A stretch of 61,968 nt of DNA, the filler included, from Porpidia crustulata (Eukaryota): the NCBI GenBank assembly GCA_964255105.1. It is 11 parts of 11 records of this genome, joined end to end, with 100 filler letters (N's around TTAATTAATTAA, not from the genome) between each part and the next. Parts side by side here need not be neighbours in the genome. Positions count along the whole stretch, not along the records: positions 11,320 to 16,871 come from CAXUWE010001772.1; positions 16,972 to 22,520 come from CAXUWE010001773.1; positions 22,621 to 28,165 come from CAXUWE010001774.1; 8 more parts are not named here. One strand, given 5' to 3'. The notes beneath the pieces were generated by a model that did no database searches, had not been told where the DNA came from, and was given only the letters and a program-made list of their open reading frames with translations. This document shows positions 12,036 through 23,355 of this stretch, in pieces (the first letter of the stretch is position 1; the number at the start of each line of letters is the position of its first letter). The translations under genes were made by a program, and so were the position numbers.

Positions 12036-13097
12036 ATGTGTCGTTGGTTTGCATACATCTCACCTGAGGAGCCTTGTCTCCTCTCGGACGTACTCATCAA
12101 CCCTGCCAATGCCGTCTCAAAGCAATGCTCCGAGCACTACCTTCCTCAACTACTTCCTCATGGGGAAGAGCATGAGCTCGACGATTCCCAGGACAAGCTC
12201 CTGAAGATGCGCAACAGCCTGCTGAATATGGACGGGTTGGGGATAGCCTGGTATACGTCCGCTGCGAGGGACTATGTCAAGAGCGTAGACGGTCCAAGAC
12301 CCGCTCTCTACAAATCCCAATCTCCTCCCATCAATGACTTCAATTTTCGGAGTCTCTGCGGTAATACCGAGACTCATTGTCTGTTCGCCCATATCCGTGC
12401 GACCAGTGGCAGTGTAGTCACGCAGGTCAACAGTCACCCCTTCGTCTTTGGCTGTCATGTCTTCATGCACAACGGCGCCATCTCCAATTTCTTGGACGTC
12501 CGCCGCGATATGACCAATCTGATGAGTTACGACGCATATTGCAACGTTCTGGGAAGCACTGATTCCGAGCACGCCGCCGCACTTTACATGACCAATCTTA
12601 CTGCAGGAGGTACAAAAGACGCGTGGGAGAAACAGTATCCCATTTCCGAGATGCTTAACGCGATGATCAAGTCTGTGGTGCAAATTATGGAGCTCCAACG
12701 AAAACACCTTGGTGAGAAAGCCGCGCCCAACAGCCTTAACTTCTGCACAACAGACGGCAAGAAGATGGTCGCCATTCGCTTCCGGAACCATTCAACACAG
12801 CAGCCTCCAAGTCTGTATTGGAGCGAATTCGCCGGGAGGACTCTAAACCAAAAATACCCGGACCACCCGGACGGAGCTCAATTCGAGAACAAGGAGGCTA
12901 CCAAGGACAAAGAAGACAAAATCGGCAAGCATACCATTATTTCGAGCGAACCAACAACCTACGATGAAACGGAGTGGCACTTGATTACTCGTAATTGTGC
13001 CCTTACGGTAGATGAGTTTGGCACTGAGACGGAGGTCCCGATCAAATATGATGAGGCGTTAAACGCAGTTGATCCGAATGCTCCATTAAGGTCATAG
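12036..13097 (+). CDS. Class II (Ntn) glutamine amidotransferase, Dug3/EgtC-like
   Basis: Starts MCRWFAY (N-terminal nucleophile Cys); NMDGLGIAWY, FAHIRAT, NSHPF, FMHNG, GSTDSEH, ISSEP motifs; intronless. Confidence 0.88.
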   Translation: MCRWFAYISPEEPCLLSDVLINPANAVSKQCSEHYLPQLLPHGEEHELDDSQDKLLKMRNSLLNMDGLGIAWYTSAARDYVKSVDGPRPALYKSQSPPINDFNFRSLCGNTETHCLFAHIRATSGSVVTQVNSHPFVFGCHVFMHNGAISNFLDVRRDMTNLMSYDAYCNVLGSTDSEHAAALYMTNLTAGGTKDAWEKQYPISEMLNAMIKSVVQIMELQRKHLGEKAAPNSLNFCTTDGKKMVAIRFRNHSTQQPPSLYWSEFAGRTLNQKYPDHPDGAQFENKEATKDKEDKIGKHTIISSEPTTYDETEWHLITRNCALTVDEFGTETEVPIKYDEALNAVDPNAPLRS

Positions 13098-13742
13098 CCT
13101 GACGTCTGTGACCTTTTCGTAGGAAGAGATTCCTCCTTTTATCAATCCGGGACACGGACGTGCTTTTTTGCAAGTCACTCCTTCAAAAGCTTGCTTACAC
13201 GCATTTCCTGGTATTGGTCTCATCATTACGCTTCTTAAAACTCTTACTGCAATTTAGCAGGCCAGTTGAAGCTTAAAGACCAGCCATGTAAACATGTCTA
13301 CCTTCGTTAGCTATTAATCAATACTGCAAGTGCAATTTCCAGGCTCCCGAGTGCACATGAATGACCCAGAAACACTTCACCCGTTGAAAATAATCCCCAA
13401 GCAGTCTTCACATCACTCCTTACAGCCCAGCGATACCTACGATTGATAGCTACGTAATTTCCCTGAGGCGTACGAGCTTTGCCTATAAGGGTTTTATAGC
13501 TACCTAAGCAGAGCCAAAAACAAGACTAGATCAACCATGTAGGGTGCAAGGTTTTTCGGGGCTACTACGCTATCGTGATATGCTGTAAGTGATGTGTTAA
13601 TGCTGAAAGGGAATTAGTTCGAACAAGATATGGTAGGGGAGGCTGTGGATGGAAAGGTGGAACGCGGTGTATGTGACTATTGACATTCTCTGTCGCTCTG
13701 GCGTAGGGGTTAGGTATTATGAGTCGTAAGTGGTCCTTCAGT

Positions 13743-13825
13743 CCACAGGGGTGCCGGAAGTCATTGTACCGCTTGAATGCATATTCATACTAAAATTTGC
13801 GCAATGACTTCTGGCACCCCTGTGG
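13743..13825. repeat. 83-bp inverted repeat (24-bp arms, 1 mismatch); possible micro-MITE
   Basis: CCACAGGGGTGCCGGAAGTCATTG (13743-13766) pairs with CAATGACTTCTGGCACCCCTGTGG (13802-13825). Confidence 0.8.
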
Positions 13826-14073
13826 TCCGCGAATTCCACGACTAAGTTGCAATCTAATCACCTAGTCCAAAAGCGGTCAATATCGCTTCGAATGAGGTAG
13901 TATGCGAAGACTTCCACTTGACTCAATACCTCTCATTCTCCGGCATGTGATACCAGGCATCTCATTATTTAAATGGATAGAATATCTCTTCTTCACTGAC
14001 CACCTTCGTACTTCCATAGATACAATAATATCATAGATTTTTACCACAAATTTTAAAAACCCTATCCACCACC

Positions 14074-16871
14074 ATGTCGAGACATAAGCTTGTGAAGGCC
14101 ATGAATTGGCACGATGAATTAGATGATTTTGATGGAGGTAATGACCATGATTATGATCTAAGTAATGGAACTGGAGAACGTATGCTAGTAAACATTTCAA
14201 TGCCAATGCAGTCAAGCTGATTTAATACAGAACTCAGCAGCGAGGATCAACGTAATCAGTGATCCCTATGGGAGGAACGTTCAACAGCCTTACTGATCCA
14301 TTATTCAGAACAATTGCAGGAAGGTACTGCCAAAGTACGGAGCGTCCTAGGCTTCGAAGAATCATTTACCGACAAGGACATTCAAGATTCTTTGTGGCAT
14401 TATTATTACGATATAGAAAAGACAGTCAATTATTTGTTGAGTGTGTACCAAGTTACCTCAAATACTACGAATTTCGGCTAACAGCTCTTAGATCAGAATG
14501 ATCCTCAATCAAAAACGTCGAAGAAGAAGAAAAAGCAGCCAGAAGCGATGGAAGTTAACGGTAAGCATTACGCTTTCTTTGAATTTCATCAACATTTCTT
14601 TTCCAGACTGTCGATGCATGATACCAGACCAAGAACTGGGACGTCTTCTGTTGGTATGTCTCAATCACTAGACTTCAAAAATTGATTCTAATTCACGCTG
14701 CGTTTAGATCTACTACAATTCATGAAACCAATCCCACACTGCGCCATGTTCTCAGCTGCGGAATTCTTCAAAGACTCGCCATGGCTACAGATTCCCCAAA
14801 ACCGCCGTGGCGAGATTCTTGTAGAGCCACTCTATCCCAAGGGCGGTCTACTGGGTGGATCTTCCTCCACAAGTGGTCCGAAAGTCTCGAAGCTAGCTGC
14901 CCTAGCTGCTGCGCGCAAGAAAAAGGAGAACAATCATCCTAGTAGTGGTGGATCTCAGAGCTTGACAAGCTCTGTAGCACTTCTTGACAGACTTGGCGGG
15001 AGAACGAGCGCTACGAAGACCAGTGACGAAAGCACATCGAAATCAAAGGTTTCAAGCTCAATTGATGCAAAGCCTGAGCCATCTGCAAAGCTGAGAGATC
15101 GAGAATATCCTACGCGAAGGCGTGACAGCTCAAGCCAGTCAGCCCTAGCGAAGACTACTGTCAGCGATGTTCAGCCTTCTGAGAATATCTCGGTTAAGCC
15201 TGAGGTCTCAATGGTCGACATTACTATACCAACTGCTTCTCCTTCGGATTTTGCCAAAACCATGTTTCGGCCTTCCGAGAAATCCCGTAGCGAATTCTTT
15301 CTTTCCGAGTCATCAACGTTTTCTATACCTTTTGACTATGCGTCGAGTACTGAATCAAATCCTTTTGCAGGCCCAAGCCCAGACGACGTTGTTATCAAAG
15401 CACAGACTTCGAAAGGTTCGACCCGAAAGAATAGGGAGGTCTGATCTCGACAATAGGCGACTAATAGATACCAGGCACTAAGGCTACTCAAGTGCAGGGA
15501 CAATCGACGAACAACAAGGCCCTGCATGAGGTTGAACAAGAGCTCAATAAAGTGAAGATTGATGATACGCCAAAAGCAAAGAGCAAGAAACTGAATGTCA
15601 TTGCTGAATATGAGAAATCCAAGGTGAAGAATGCTGCAAATTTTGTGGTTATTGGTACTATACTGGAGTCTATTTCTTAAACGAGAAAATGTTTACATTC
15701 TCAGGTCACGTCGATGCTGGAAAAAGCACTCTCATGGGCCGTCTACTGTACGACCTCAAAGTTGTTGACCAGAGGACTATGGACGGATACCGAAAGGAAG
15801 CCGAAAGGATTGGTAAATCTTCTTTTGCACTTGCTTGGATCCTTGATGAAGGCACCGAAGAACGAAGCCGGGGCGTGACAATGGACACCGCAATGAACCA
15901 ATTCGAAACCGACACAACAAGCTTCACCATCCTCGACGCTCCTGGCCACAAGGACTTTATCCCCAACATGATCGCTGGCGCCAGTCAGGCCGACTTTGCC
16001 GTTCTCGTCATCGACGCCAGTACCGGAAGCTTCGAATCTGGCCTCAAAGGCCAAACCAAAGAACACGCGCTTCTAGTCCGTAGCATGGGCATTCAACGCA
16101 TCATCATTGCGGTCAATAAATTCGACACCGTCCAATGGTCCGAAGATCGCTTCACGGAAATCTCTCAGCAAGTTTCCTCCTTCCTCACAGCCGCTGGCTT
16201 CCTTCTAAAAAATCTTGTCTTCGTCCCTTGCTCCGGCCTCACGGGTGATAACGTCATACGCCCCATCACCGACTCCTTGGCGTCATGGTACAAAGGCTCT
16301 CCACTAATCAACCATCTCGAATCCTCCGAACTCATCGCCCGCGCCTTCGAGAAACCCCTCCGCCTCACGATTGCCGACATCTTCAGCGACGACTTCCACC
16401 ACCCCCTATCCATCTCCGGCCGCCTCGACGCCGGCAGCGTCCAAATCGGCGACATCGTCCTCGTGATGCCCGCCCGCGAGACCGCGTCCATCCGCGCCCT
16501 CGACGTCGACGACAAACCCAGCGATTGGGCCGTCGCCGGCCAAAACGTGACCCTGCACCTCTCGGACATCGAGTCCAAGCACCTCCACGCCGGCGATGTC
16601 CTCTGTCTCCCCTCGTCCCCCATCGCCACCGCCACCACCCTGACCGTCAAAACCCTCGCCTTCGACCACCTGCTCCCGATGTTCCTCGAAGTCCACCGCG
16701 GGCGCTTGCACGTGCCCGGGCGCATCACGAAGCTGGTGGCCGTGTTAGACAAGGGAAGCGGAGCTGTGATTGGCAATGGGAGGAAGAAAGTCAGGATCGT
16801 GAAGCCGGGGGAGGTGGCTAGGGTGGTGGTTGAGGTGGAGGAGGCGGTGCCGTTGGAGGCGGGGCAGAGGG
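14074..16871 (+). CDS. HBS1: Hbs1/Ski7 translational GTPase (3' truncated)
   Basis: HBS1 N-domain DSLWHYYYDIEKTVNYLL; Ski7-type segment (FFKDSPW, SKLAALAAARKKKE, PSDFA, FAGPSPDDVV); G-domain GHVDAGKSTLMG, ERSRGVT, DAPGHKDF, NKFD. Confidence 0.93.
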
Positions 16872-17178
16872 NNNNNNNNNNNNNNNNNNNNNNNNNNNNN
16901 NNNNNNNNNNNNNNNTTAATTAATTAANNNNNNNNNNNNNNNNNNNNNNNNNNNNNNNNNNNNNNNNNNNNCCCCTCCTTCCACCCTTTCCCGCCTTCAC
17001 TTTGTTCCCACCGTTCCTTCCCGCGATCCTCGGTCCTGTATCTTTGGTAATGCGCGAGAAGGTCGGCAGGTAACAGTAGTACAGGAATAAGAAGGGTAAA
17101 AAGCCAAGACAATTGGCCGCGAAAGCTTTTTGGTTGAGGTGGCATTAAGTCACTTTTCCGAGGGCTAGACGAATGTCA

Positions 17179-18459
17179 TAAGTCCTGATCAAGGTAGAAA
17201 GGGAAACCGATATGATTGCAACAGGATTGCAGAAAACGATTTCTGGCCGGCCTGCGTTTCGCCTATACTATCGCTTACAAAAGCTACAGGACCAGCTCTG
17301 GGACGGCAAACCTCTTGATGTCCGTCGTTCTATGTTCGGCCGCTTGGAAGAAACAATGCGAAGCAAGGAAACCCTTACACAGTCTCAAAGGGCTTTGGAG
17401 TCGATTCCTAGCGCCGATGGGAATACAGATTTATCGTCGAGCGAACGGTTTTGCAGGCGATTTGCATATCTGGCAACAATGAAAAATGTCGCTTCTGCTA
17501 TGGTGCGTCAAGATAGTCAAGCGCAAAACCTTTATTTGGACAGAGAAACCATCAAAGGTCCGTTTTCCGATATAGGACCTCACGCAATCGGCACCTTCGA
17601 GCCCAAGTGCGAGCTTGTCCTCATTGAATTTATAAACTACGGAGAGTCGTGAAATTCTCGTGAGAACGAGCTACCTGAACGCATCAAGGCAATAGCATTC
17701 TTACGCAGTAAGGACGTCTCCGAGTCCATCTTTCCCATTCTGCGATGCCGCGGCTACTACCAAGAGTCCACACGGACTCGATTCGGCATCGTATACCAGC
17801 TACCCACCGAAGCCCAGAACACGTTGCCCATGAGCTTACCAAAGGTGTTAAAGGAGACAAAGTCTAGAACTCTACAACCTTCGCTTACGCGTCGCTACAA
17901 ACTAGCATCCGCCCTAGTCTCCCACGTCTTGAGCTTTCACCGTGGCGGCTGGTTGCACAGAAGCATATCCGCATTCAACATCATTTGTTTTCCGGAGGCT
18001 TTTCCGAGCATCGCAGCCTCTCTTGCTAGACCATATTTTATTGGGTTCAACCGCAGCCGTGTGAACGACAATAACGAATACTCTTCGCAGCCCGAAATGG
18101 AGTACCAGCATCCCGTGTACCAAAGAAACACCCAAGCCTACACGGATGACACGACAAATCCGATTGTGCGTTTTCGTCAGGAATTCGACTACTATAGCGT
18201 CGGCTTGGTGCTCATGGAAGTCGCGTTCTGGAAGCCTTTGAATTCGATGATGGGAACTTCTACAGCATCACCTGAGGAGATGTTAGCGAAGTTTCGAGAC
18301 AAATGTATACCAGTAATGAGGACATACATGGGAGACGCGTATTGTGATGCGGTACATTATTGTCTCACTGCCTATGAGGAGGGACAGCATTCACCCGAGA
18401 ATGTTCGAGATGGTTTTAACGAGAAGGTCGTTCTGCCCATCTCAAGATGTTTAGTGTAG
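17179..18459 (+). pseudogene. Fungal kinase-like domain gene of the type often fused to HeLo/prion-inhibition domains; disrupted
   Basis: ILRCRGYY...RFGIVYQLP...RYKLASALVSHVLSFHRGGWLHRSISAFNII...YQHPVYQ...FRQEFDYYSVGLVLMEVAFWKPL; ORFs 17212 and 17824 share a frame separated by TGA at 17650-17652; further in-frame TAA at 17179. Confidence 0.75.
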
Positions 18460-18672
18460 CTTCGTCGGAGCAATTTGAACTTTCAAATTGGCCTTTAGAA
18501 AGAATGTCAGGGTGCAGAAGTGGGCGAGGGGCGAAATTCATTCCGTCACGCTACATCATGAAGGGGGGACGATCAAAATGCGACTAACGCAATCGACTTT
18601 CAAGTCTACAAAGAGCCCTATAGAAGAGATCCCATGCTCTCCTGTCAAGTCCAGCTTTATTTTTCAGACGAT

Positions 18673-20862
18673 TCAATGAAGGAGCCTTTGCCCGTATAAA
18701 GGCCGATATTTACGCCAACCCAACGCTGAAGCAAGCGTGACGCTAACGAAAATAATTGCCAGCAGAGGAAACTTCCAGAAATCCGACACCAACACCATAT
18801 ATGTGTTTCCACCTCCTGACGATTTTTCAATCTGCACTAAGTTAGAACCAAATATTGTCCGTATCGGCAGTCAGCACCTATTCAGAGACTTATCTGATGA
18901 CAGCCAACTTACAGCAGTTAAAGATGCAGGTGGTAGAGAAGAGCCAAAAAGGTAAGTATCTTAATGAATTTCGAATCATTGCGCATCTCTCTTGTCAAAA
19001 CCGTCGTCAAGTCGCCCGCAGTCGCCGTTTGCTTAGTGAGCTGTCTGATTTGATGGCCATTGTTGCGAATAGCTACATTTGTTGTCAAACTTATCTCTTC
19101 ATGTTGATACTCTAGCATGTGGAATAGCTGGCGTTGGTAAGCTGCGAGCAACCTTGTTCGGCGTGAAACGTGTAAAATACCAGTTTGCTAGTCCCACTCA
19201 GTCTCTCCAGCAGAGAATTCACGATTCTTACATGCATTTCGAGATTAGCAGTATACTGATCGAACGCCTCGCGACTGTTTAGAATCTCACTTTGTTGCAA
19301 GGCTCGAGTAATTTTTTCTATCTGCATGTTCAACGATCTTCCGACATCCGCATTTGATGCTAGAATCAGCGAGGCTTTTAAGAGCTTCCGCCGAACAAGT
19401 TCTAGAACTTGAGCATCACGGAATGTAACAGTATAGTCGAGCCTACAGGCTGTAACGGTTGTTCTAATAAAAACACAAGATATAAACAGAGATAGACTAG
19501 AGTAACGAACTCCTTGCTACTATAGACTGAGGTCTGCAGATAGCTTAGACAATAGAACTGATTGTATTGACTATTACATGAGTTGAGCACGAAGCTCCTA
19601 TCTAAAGGAATGACTCTCATTATATAGACATAGGAGAATCGTGCTAAAAGCCTGTGCTCAATATGCTCAGTGGGGTGAGTCCACTGAGCAACTGGTCTTG
19701 CTCAGTGCGCTCACCTTGGTGAGCAAAGTGAGCTACTCTGCTCAGCACGCTCAGTGCCATGAGCAAGGTGAGCAGTCTTAGGCCTACACCTGTCGGGCGT
19801 AGCCTACATACTGGGCGGGGTTCCCGCCTGGGGCTAACACAGGCGCTTCCGACTCTAGGATTCAACGCCTTCTCATCCTAATGCACCGGTACATTAGCGA
19901 GCTCAAGCGCCTCTAGCTTTCCAAATAATTTATGTACGATCTCCAATTTGCTGCAAAGACCGACACGAATAAGGCGTGCAGATCCAGGTGCTCAGAACGT
20001 GCAAGATCTTTGTTTTCTACACTATGCATAAAGTTCTGAATTTGAGACTCCATGCTTTCTGATGGTTGTATGATGATCCATAAGGAGCTTTGATCGCCCA
20101 AGTCAAAGCTATGATACAGGGCTATTTGTCTTTCTGACCAGATCGCCTTGATACCTGAAGGGTTGTGCTTCTCAAAGTAGCGAATATTATAGCACAATTC
20201 AGATCTCCCGGCGCTACATTTATATTAACAGATGGTCAGCATCTACAACAATATTTCAGAGAGAACTACATGACCCTTGTACTAGAGTCTGACGACAGTT
20301 TGCTCTTCAGGCTAACAATGTTCTCTTCCTTTGACTCGAACTTGATTCCAAACGCACACACGAGGTCCCAGAATGGGGTGAAAATTTGACAAGCTCGCAT
20401 TAGATGTTCGAAAGCTTGATGACTGAGTTAAATGAAGTCCTAAGAGTCCCGTTGACGAAGAACGCTGCATTCATGTAACTTGTTGATCAACAAATTCGTA
20501 GATCCATGTGGCGGCTATGGTGCCCGTAAATAAATGATAATTGTTCTTCGCTTATGATCTATTGTTTCTTGTCAGCTCCGTTTTCCGATTTATGAGCTTT
20601 TAATAGGATCAACCATACAGATAGACCCTCTTCTAACTCCTGTGCATTACTGTACATACTCTTATAGATCCTATTCGTGGTATTCGTAAGCAGTCTTTTT
20701 CAATCTGTACATCTTCCCCAAAATTTACCTTGGCTCTAGCCGCCGGAGCGAGAGTTTCTCGACTAGCATCTTAGTGGGATGGAAGAGCCGCCGCATCTCG
20801 ATATCGCTAGGTACTGACCGACTGTCGGCGTCCAGGAGTCTATTTACAATAAAGCTGGCCAT
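18673..20862 (-). pseudogene. Fungal CorA-like membrane protein, disrupted (start approximate)
   Basis: Exon fragments IFTPFWDLVCAFGIK, CYNIRYFEKH...WSERQIALYH...LWIIIQP...LDLH...NWRSYINYLES, DSKFIKILTFLALLY/PASLTA, TIFGSNLV...FWKFPLLAII; broken by a solo LTR, a 1-bp frameshift near 18930, stops and damaged splice sites. Confidence 0.75.
19451..19839 (-). mobile_element. Solo LTR (389 bp) of an LTR retrotransposon
   Basis: TGTAAC...CTAACA ends; perfect 5-bp target duplication CAGGC (19446-19450, 19840-19844); removal restores host frame NPRVGSAC-RLDYTVTF; TATATAA on minus strand near 19620. Confidence 0.9.
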
Positions 20863-21344
20863 GCTTTGCCGTGCTCGAGCAGGTTTTACAGGCTTACTAG
20901 ATCACAAGGCTACATTCCCTGGTCAGTAGCTACGAGATCGGTTGCCCGGGCAGGAGAGCTGTTCGTGATGCCATGATAACTGCGTCTCGAGGATTATTTC
21001 TGAGTGCCCTGGCCATGCACGAGTAGGCAAAATTCTCTCTATACTGAAGATGGGTTTTCTGAGGTAAGGTTTGAAATTCAGATACGGTGAAGTGGCCTTT
21101 GGCGATAGATAGTGACTCAGCAGCTACAGAATGTGGAGCTTTCAGCGAGGCTGAAAATCCTTAAAAACAACCGCTGCCACGTCGAGATCGCTTTAATCTT
21201 CAGTTTGCACAAGTATTGAAGGATAATTTTATGGGGAATCAATCTTTCCGTCAGAAACAAGCCACTTGTTCTATCTACGAAGTCTCAATAAGACGCCAAA
21301 TCTCCACCAAGCTTCCACAATCGCGACACATCAATGTACATTGC

Positions 21345-21651
21345 TTAGGGTTCCCTCTTAACACTTTGTATCTCCGCCTTGAGCGAAGTCAACGCCGACC
21401 TTAACGAATGAGACTTTAGTGCGAGAAAGAACTTACCTCGGTGAGCTTCCTTGAGATATTACGAAGTGTTACCGTGGGTTCTATGTTGTTCTCTTTAATC
21501 TGCACGACAAGTTAATACGCTAGAGTAGCAGAGGGAGCTGAAGTAATGCTTACCTCCCACTCATAATCAATACCGGAGAACAAAGTCTTCAAAGGTTGTC
21601 CAGCTTTCGTTTGTCAAGGTACCGAATCACGATTGTTTGCACGACCGGCAT
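21345..21651 (-). pseudogene. 3-exon ~64-aa microprotein gene with a 1-bp frameshift
   Basis: Exons 21651-21554, 21499-21437, 21377-21345; donors GTAAGC and GTAAGT; reconstructed MPVVQTIVIRYLDKRKLDNL(L)KTLFSGIDYEWE-IKENNIEPTVTLRNISRKLTE-AEIQSVKREP*. Confidence 0.65.
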
Positions 21652-22469
21652 TGCAAAAGGATGCTTGTCGGTAGCAATGTTGTGTGGTGTCTTATCTCGA
21701 TCTCAAAGAAAATTCTGTAGAGCCTTATTCGAGGGCGACCGGCTTGATATCGACAGAGAGTCCCAACCTGTTAAATTCGGACCCGTAGCACCGTGCAAAC
21801 CTTGTCCCTCTTCAGGCACCAACGAGGATGGCTGAGGACAATGACTGGGAGTTAAGAAGCGACGACTTACGTTGCCCATGCGTAGAGCACATTAATGTAT
21901 AAGTGCTGATGGAATAACTCGAGAGATTGGCATTCTTTGTACTGATGTAACGAGCGAATCCAGTAGGCAGCACCCATATGCAGCACTGCCCACTTACCGC
22001 TCACGTACACGGCACCTACAACGAATCAGATGTCTGAAGTCGTCAAAGTGCAGAAATGTAGAGGCTTGTGAAAAAGTTACACTGGTCAAAAGCCTTGTGA
22101 AGAGTGGATTGGGGAGGCAGCCCGCGATTTGGAAGTTTTATCGAGCTATCTATGCCTGGGCGCTGCGTTGCTACTAGAGTACGCTTTGAGCTTAAGAAGA
22201 TGCCTTGCTCCGATAAACATCAAGGGCAGGAAGCTATCTCCATAGATAGTTCGCGTTCAGGATGCCTTTCTGAAAGCCTTACCTTTGTGTCACATACCTT
22301 AGGCATAGCCTTTTAGCCACATTGATGCCTATTCAGCGGAGCAGAGCTTTTGGGCGAAAGATTCGAGCTCATCCGCGTTAAATTTGGTCTAGGAAGGATT
22401 TGGTTGGTGGAGGTGCATCCACGTACCTTAGTAGAGGATATTGAACCTGTAAGTTAGTCTAATCTACTA

Positions 22470-22520
22470 CTCGTATTCACCCCTAGTTCGATTACACCCC
22501 TAGTTCGAAAACCCTAAGCA
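22470..22520. repeat. Probable transposon terminus at contig end with subterminal tandem repeat
   Basis: CACCCCTAGTTCGA at 22478-22491 and 22495-22508, preceded by TA; contig breaks immediately after. Confidence 0.45.
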
Positions 22521-23355
22521 NNNNNNNNNNNNNNNNNNNNNNNNNNNNNNNNNNNNNNNNNNNNTTAATTAATTAANNNNNNNNNNNNNNNNNNNNNNNN
22601 NNNNNNNNNNNNNNNNNNNNCCCATCCCCCCCGGACGAGTTAAACGAGTGTGATTGTGCTTGGAAAGGGAATACATTGATGAGAAGACGAAGAAATGGCT
22701 AGACCGGTGCATCTGGGGATAACGAGGGGACCGCACCGGGCAATTGAATGTGTTGACAGTCGTACAAGTAAACAGACAGTGTGGATGGGAAGCGAAGGAA
22801 TACTGCCGGACCCTTCTCCAGGCATGTAAAAGGTAGCGGAGCGACTAAACCCCGTCTGTCCTAGTAGTAGTAACGTCGTTGGTCATCCGAAGTGATTTTG
22901 CTAATGAGCCACTCCCAGAACAATAACGGGATTGATTCGTGACGCTTGATTTTGATACTCTAAGCGTGAGCGAATGATACTAAGAGGCTTGTAGAAAGAT
23001 AGGGCGGGCTAGCTAGAGGTTTTTTCTTTTTTTTGGTGACTGAGATTGCCACTCCGAGGATCAATGAGAGGAACATAGCCGCGGCGATGAGAGTCGGTTG
23101 GCGAACCGTTGGGAGTGGTGCTGAGGCGTCGGAGAGAGTGTTATGGTAGGTAGAAAATAGGGACTAATTATTGAATATGAGGCAACGACGGACATGAGAA
23201 TGTCGGATAGGAATAAACGTCAAGTATGGAAGGTGTCAGGCGTCGTGAACTGGGAAGAAACACAATAAGGGGAACTTGGGATCAAACCCGGAGATGAAGT
23301 CGATCGGTGATGGTAGCCTCTAATGCATACTGTGCACAGGATGGCTTCGTCCAGA

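Noticed and set aside
16165..16821. Long overlapping antisense and alternate-frame ORFs over HBS1 (similarly over the amidotransferase, RQT4 and lectin genes)
   Set aside because: Shadow ORFs caused by GC-rich codon bias.
17650..17652. Premature stops as A-to-I editing-corrected codons or a variant genetic code
   Set aside because: The same gene has another stop, its neighbours have frameshifts, the 38168 stop aligns to Gln rather than Trp, and housekeeping genes use the standard code.
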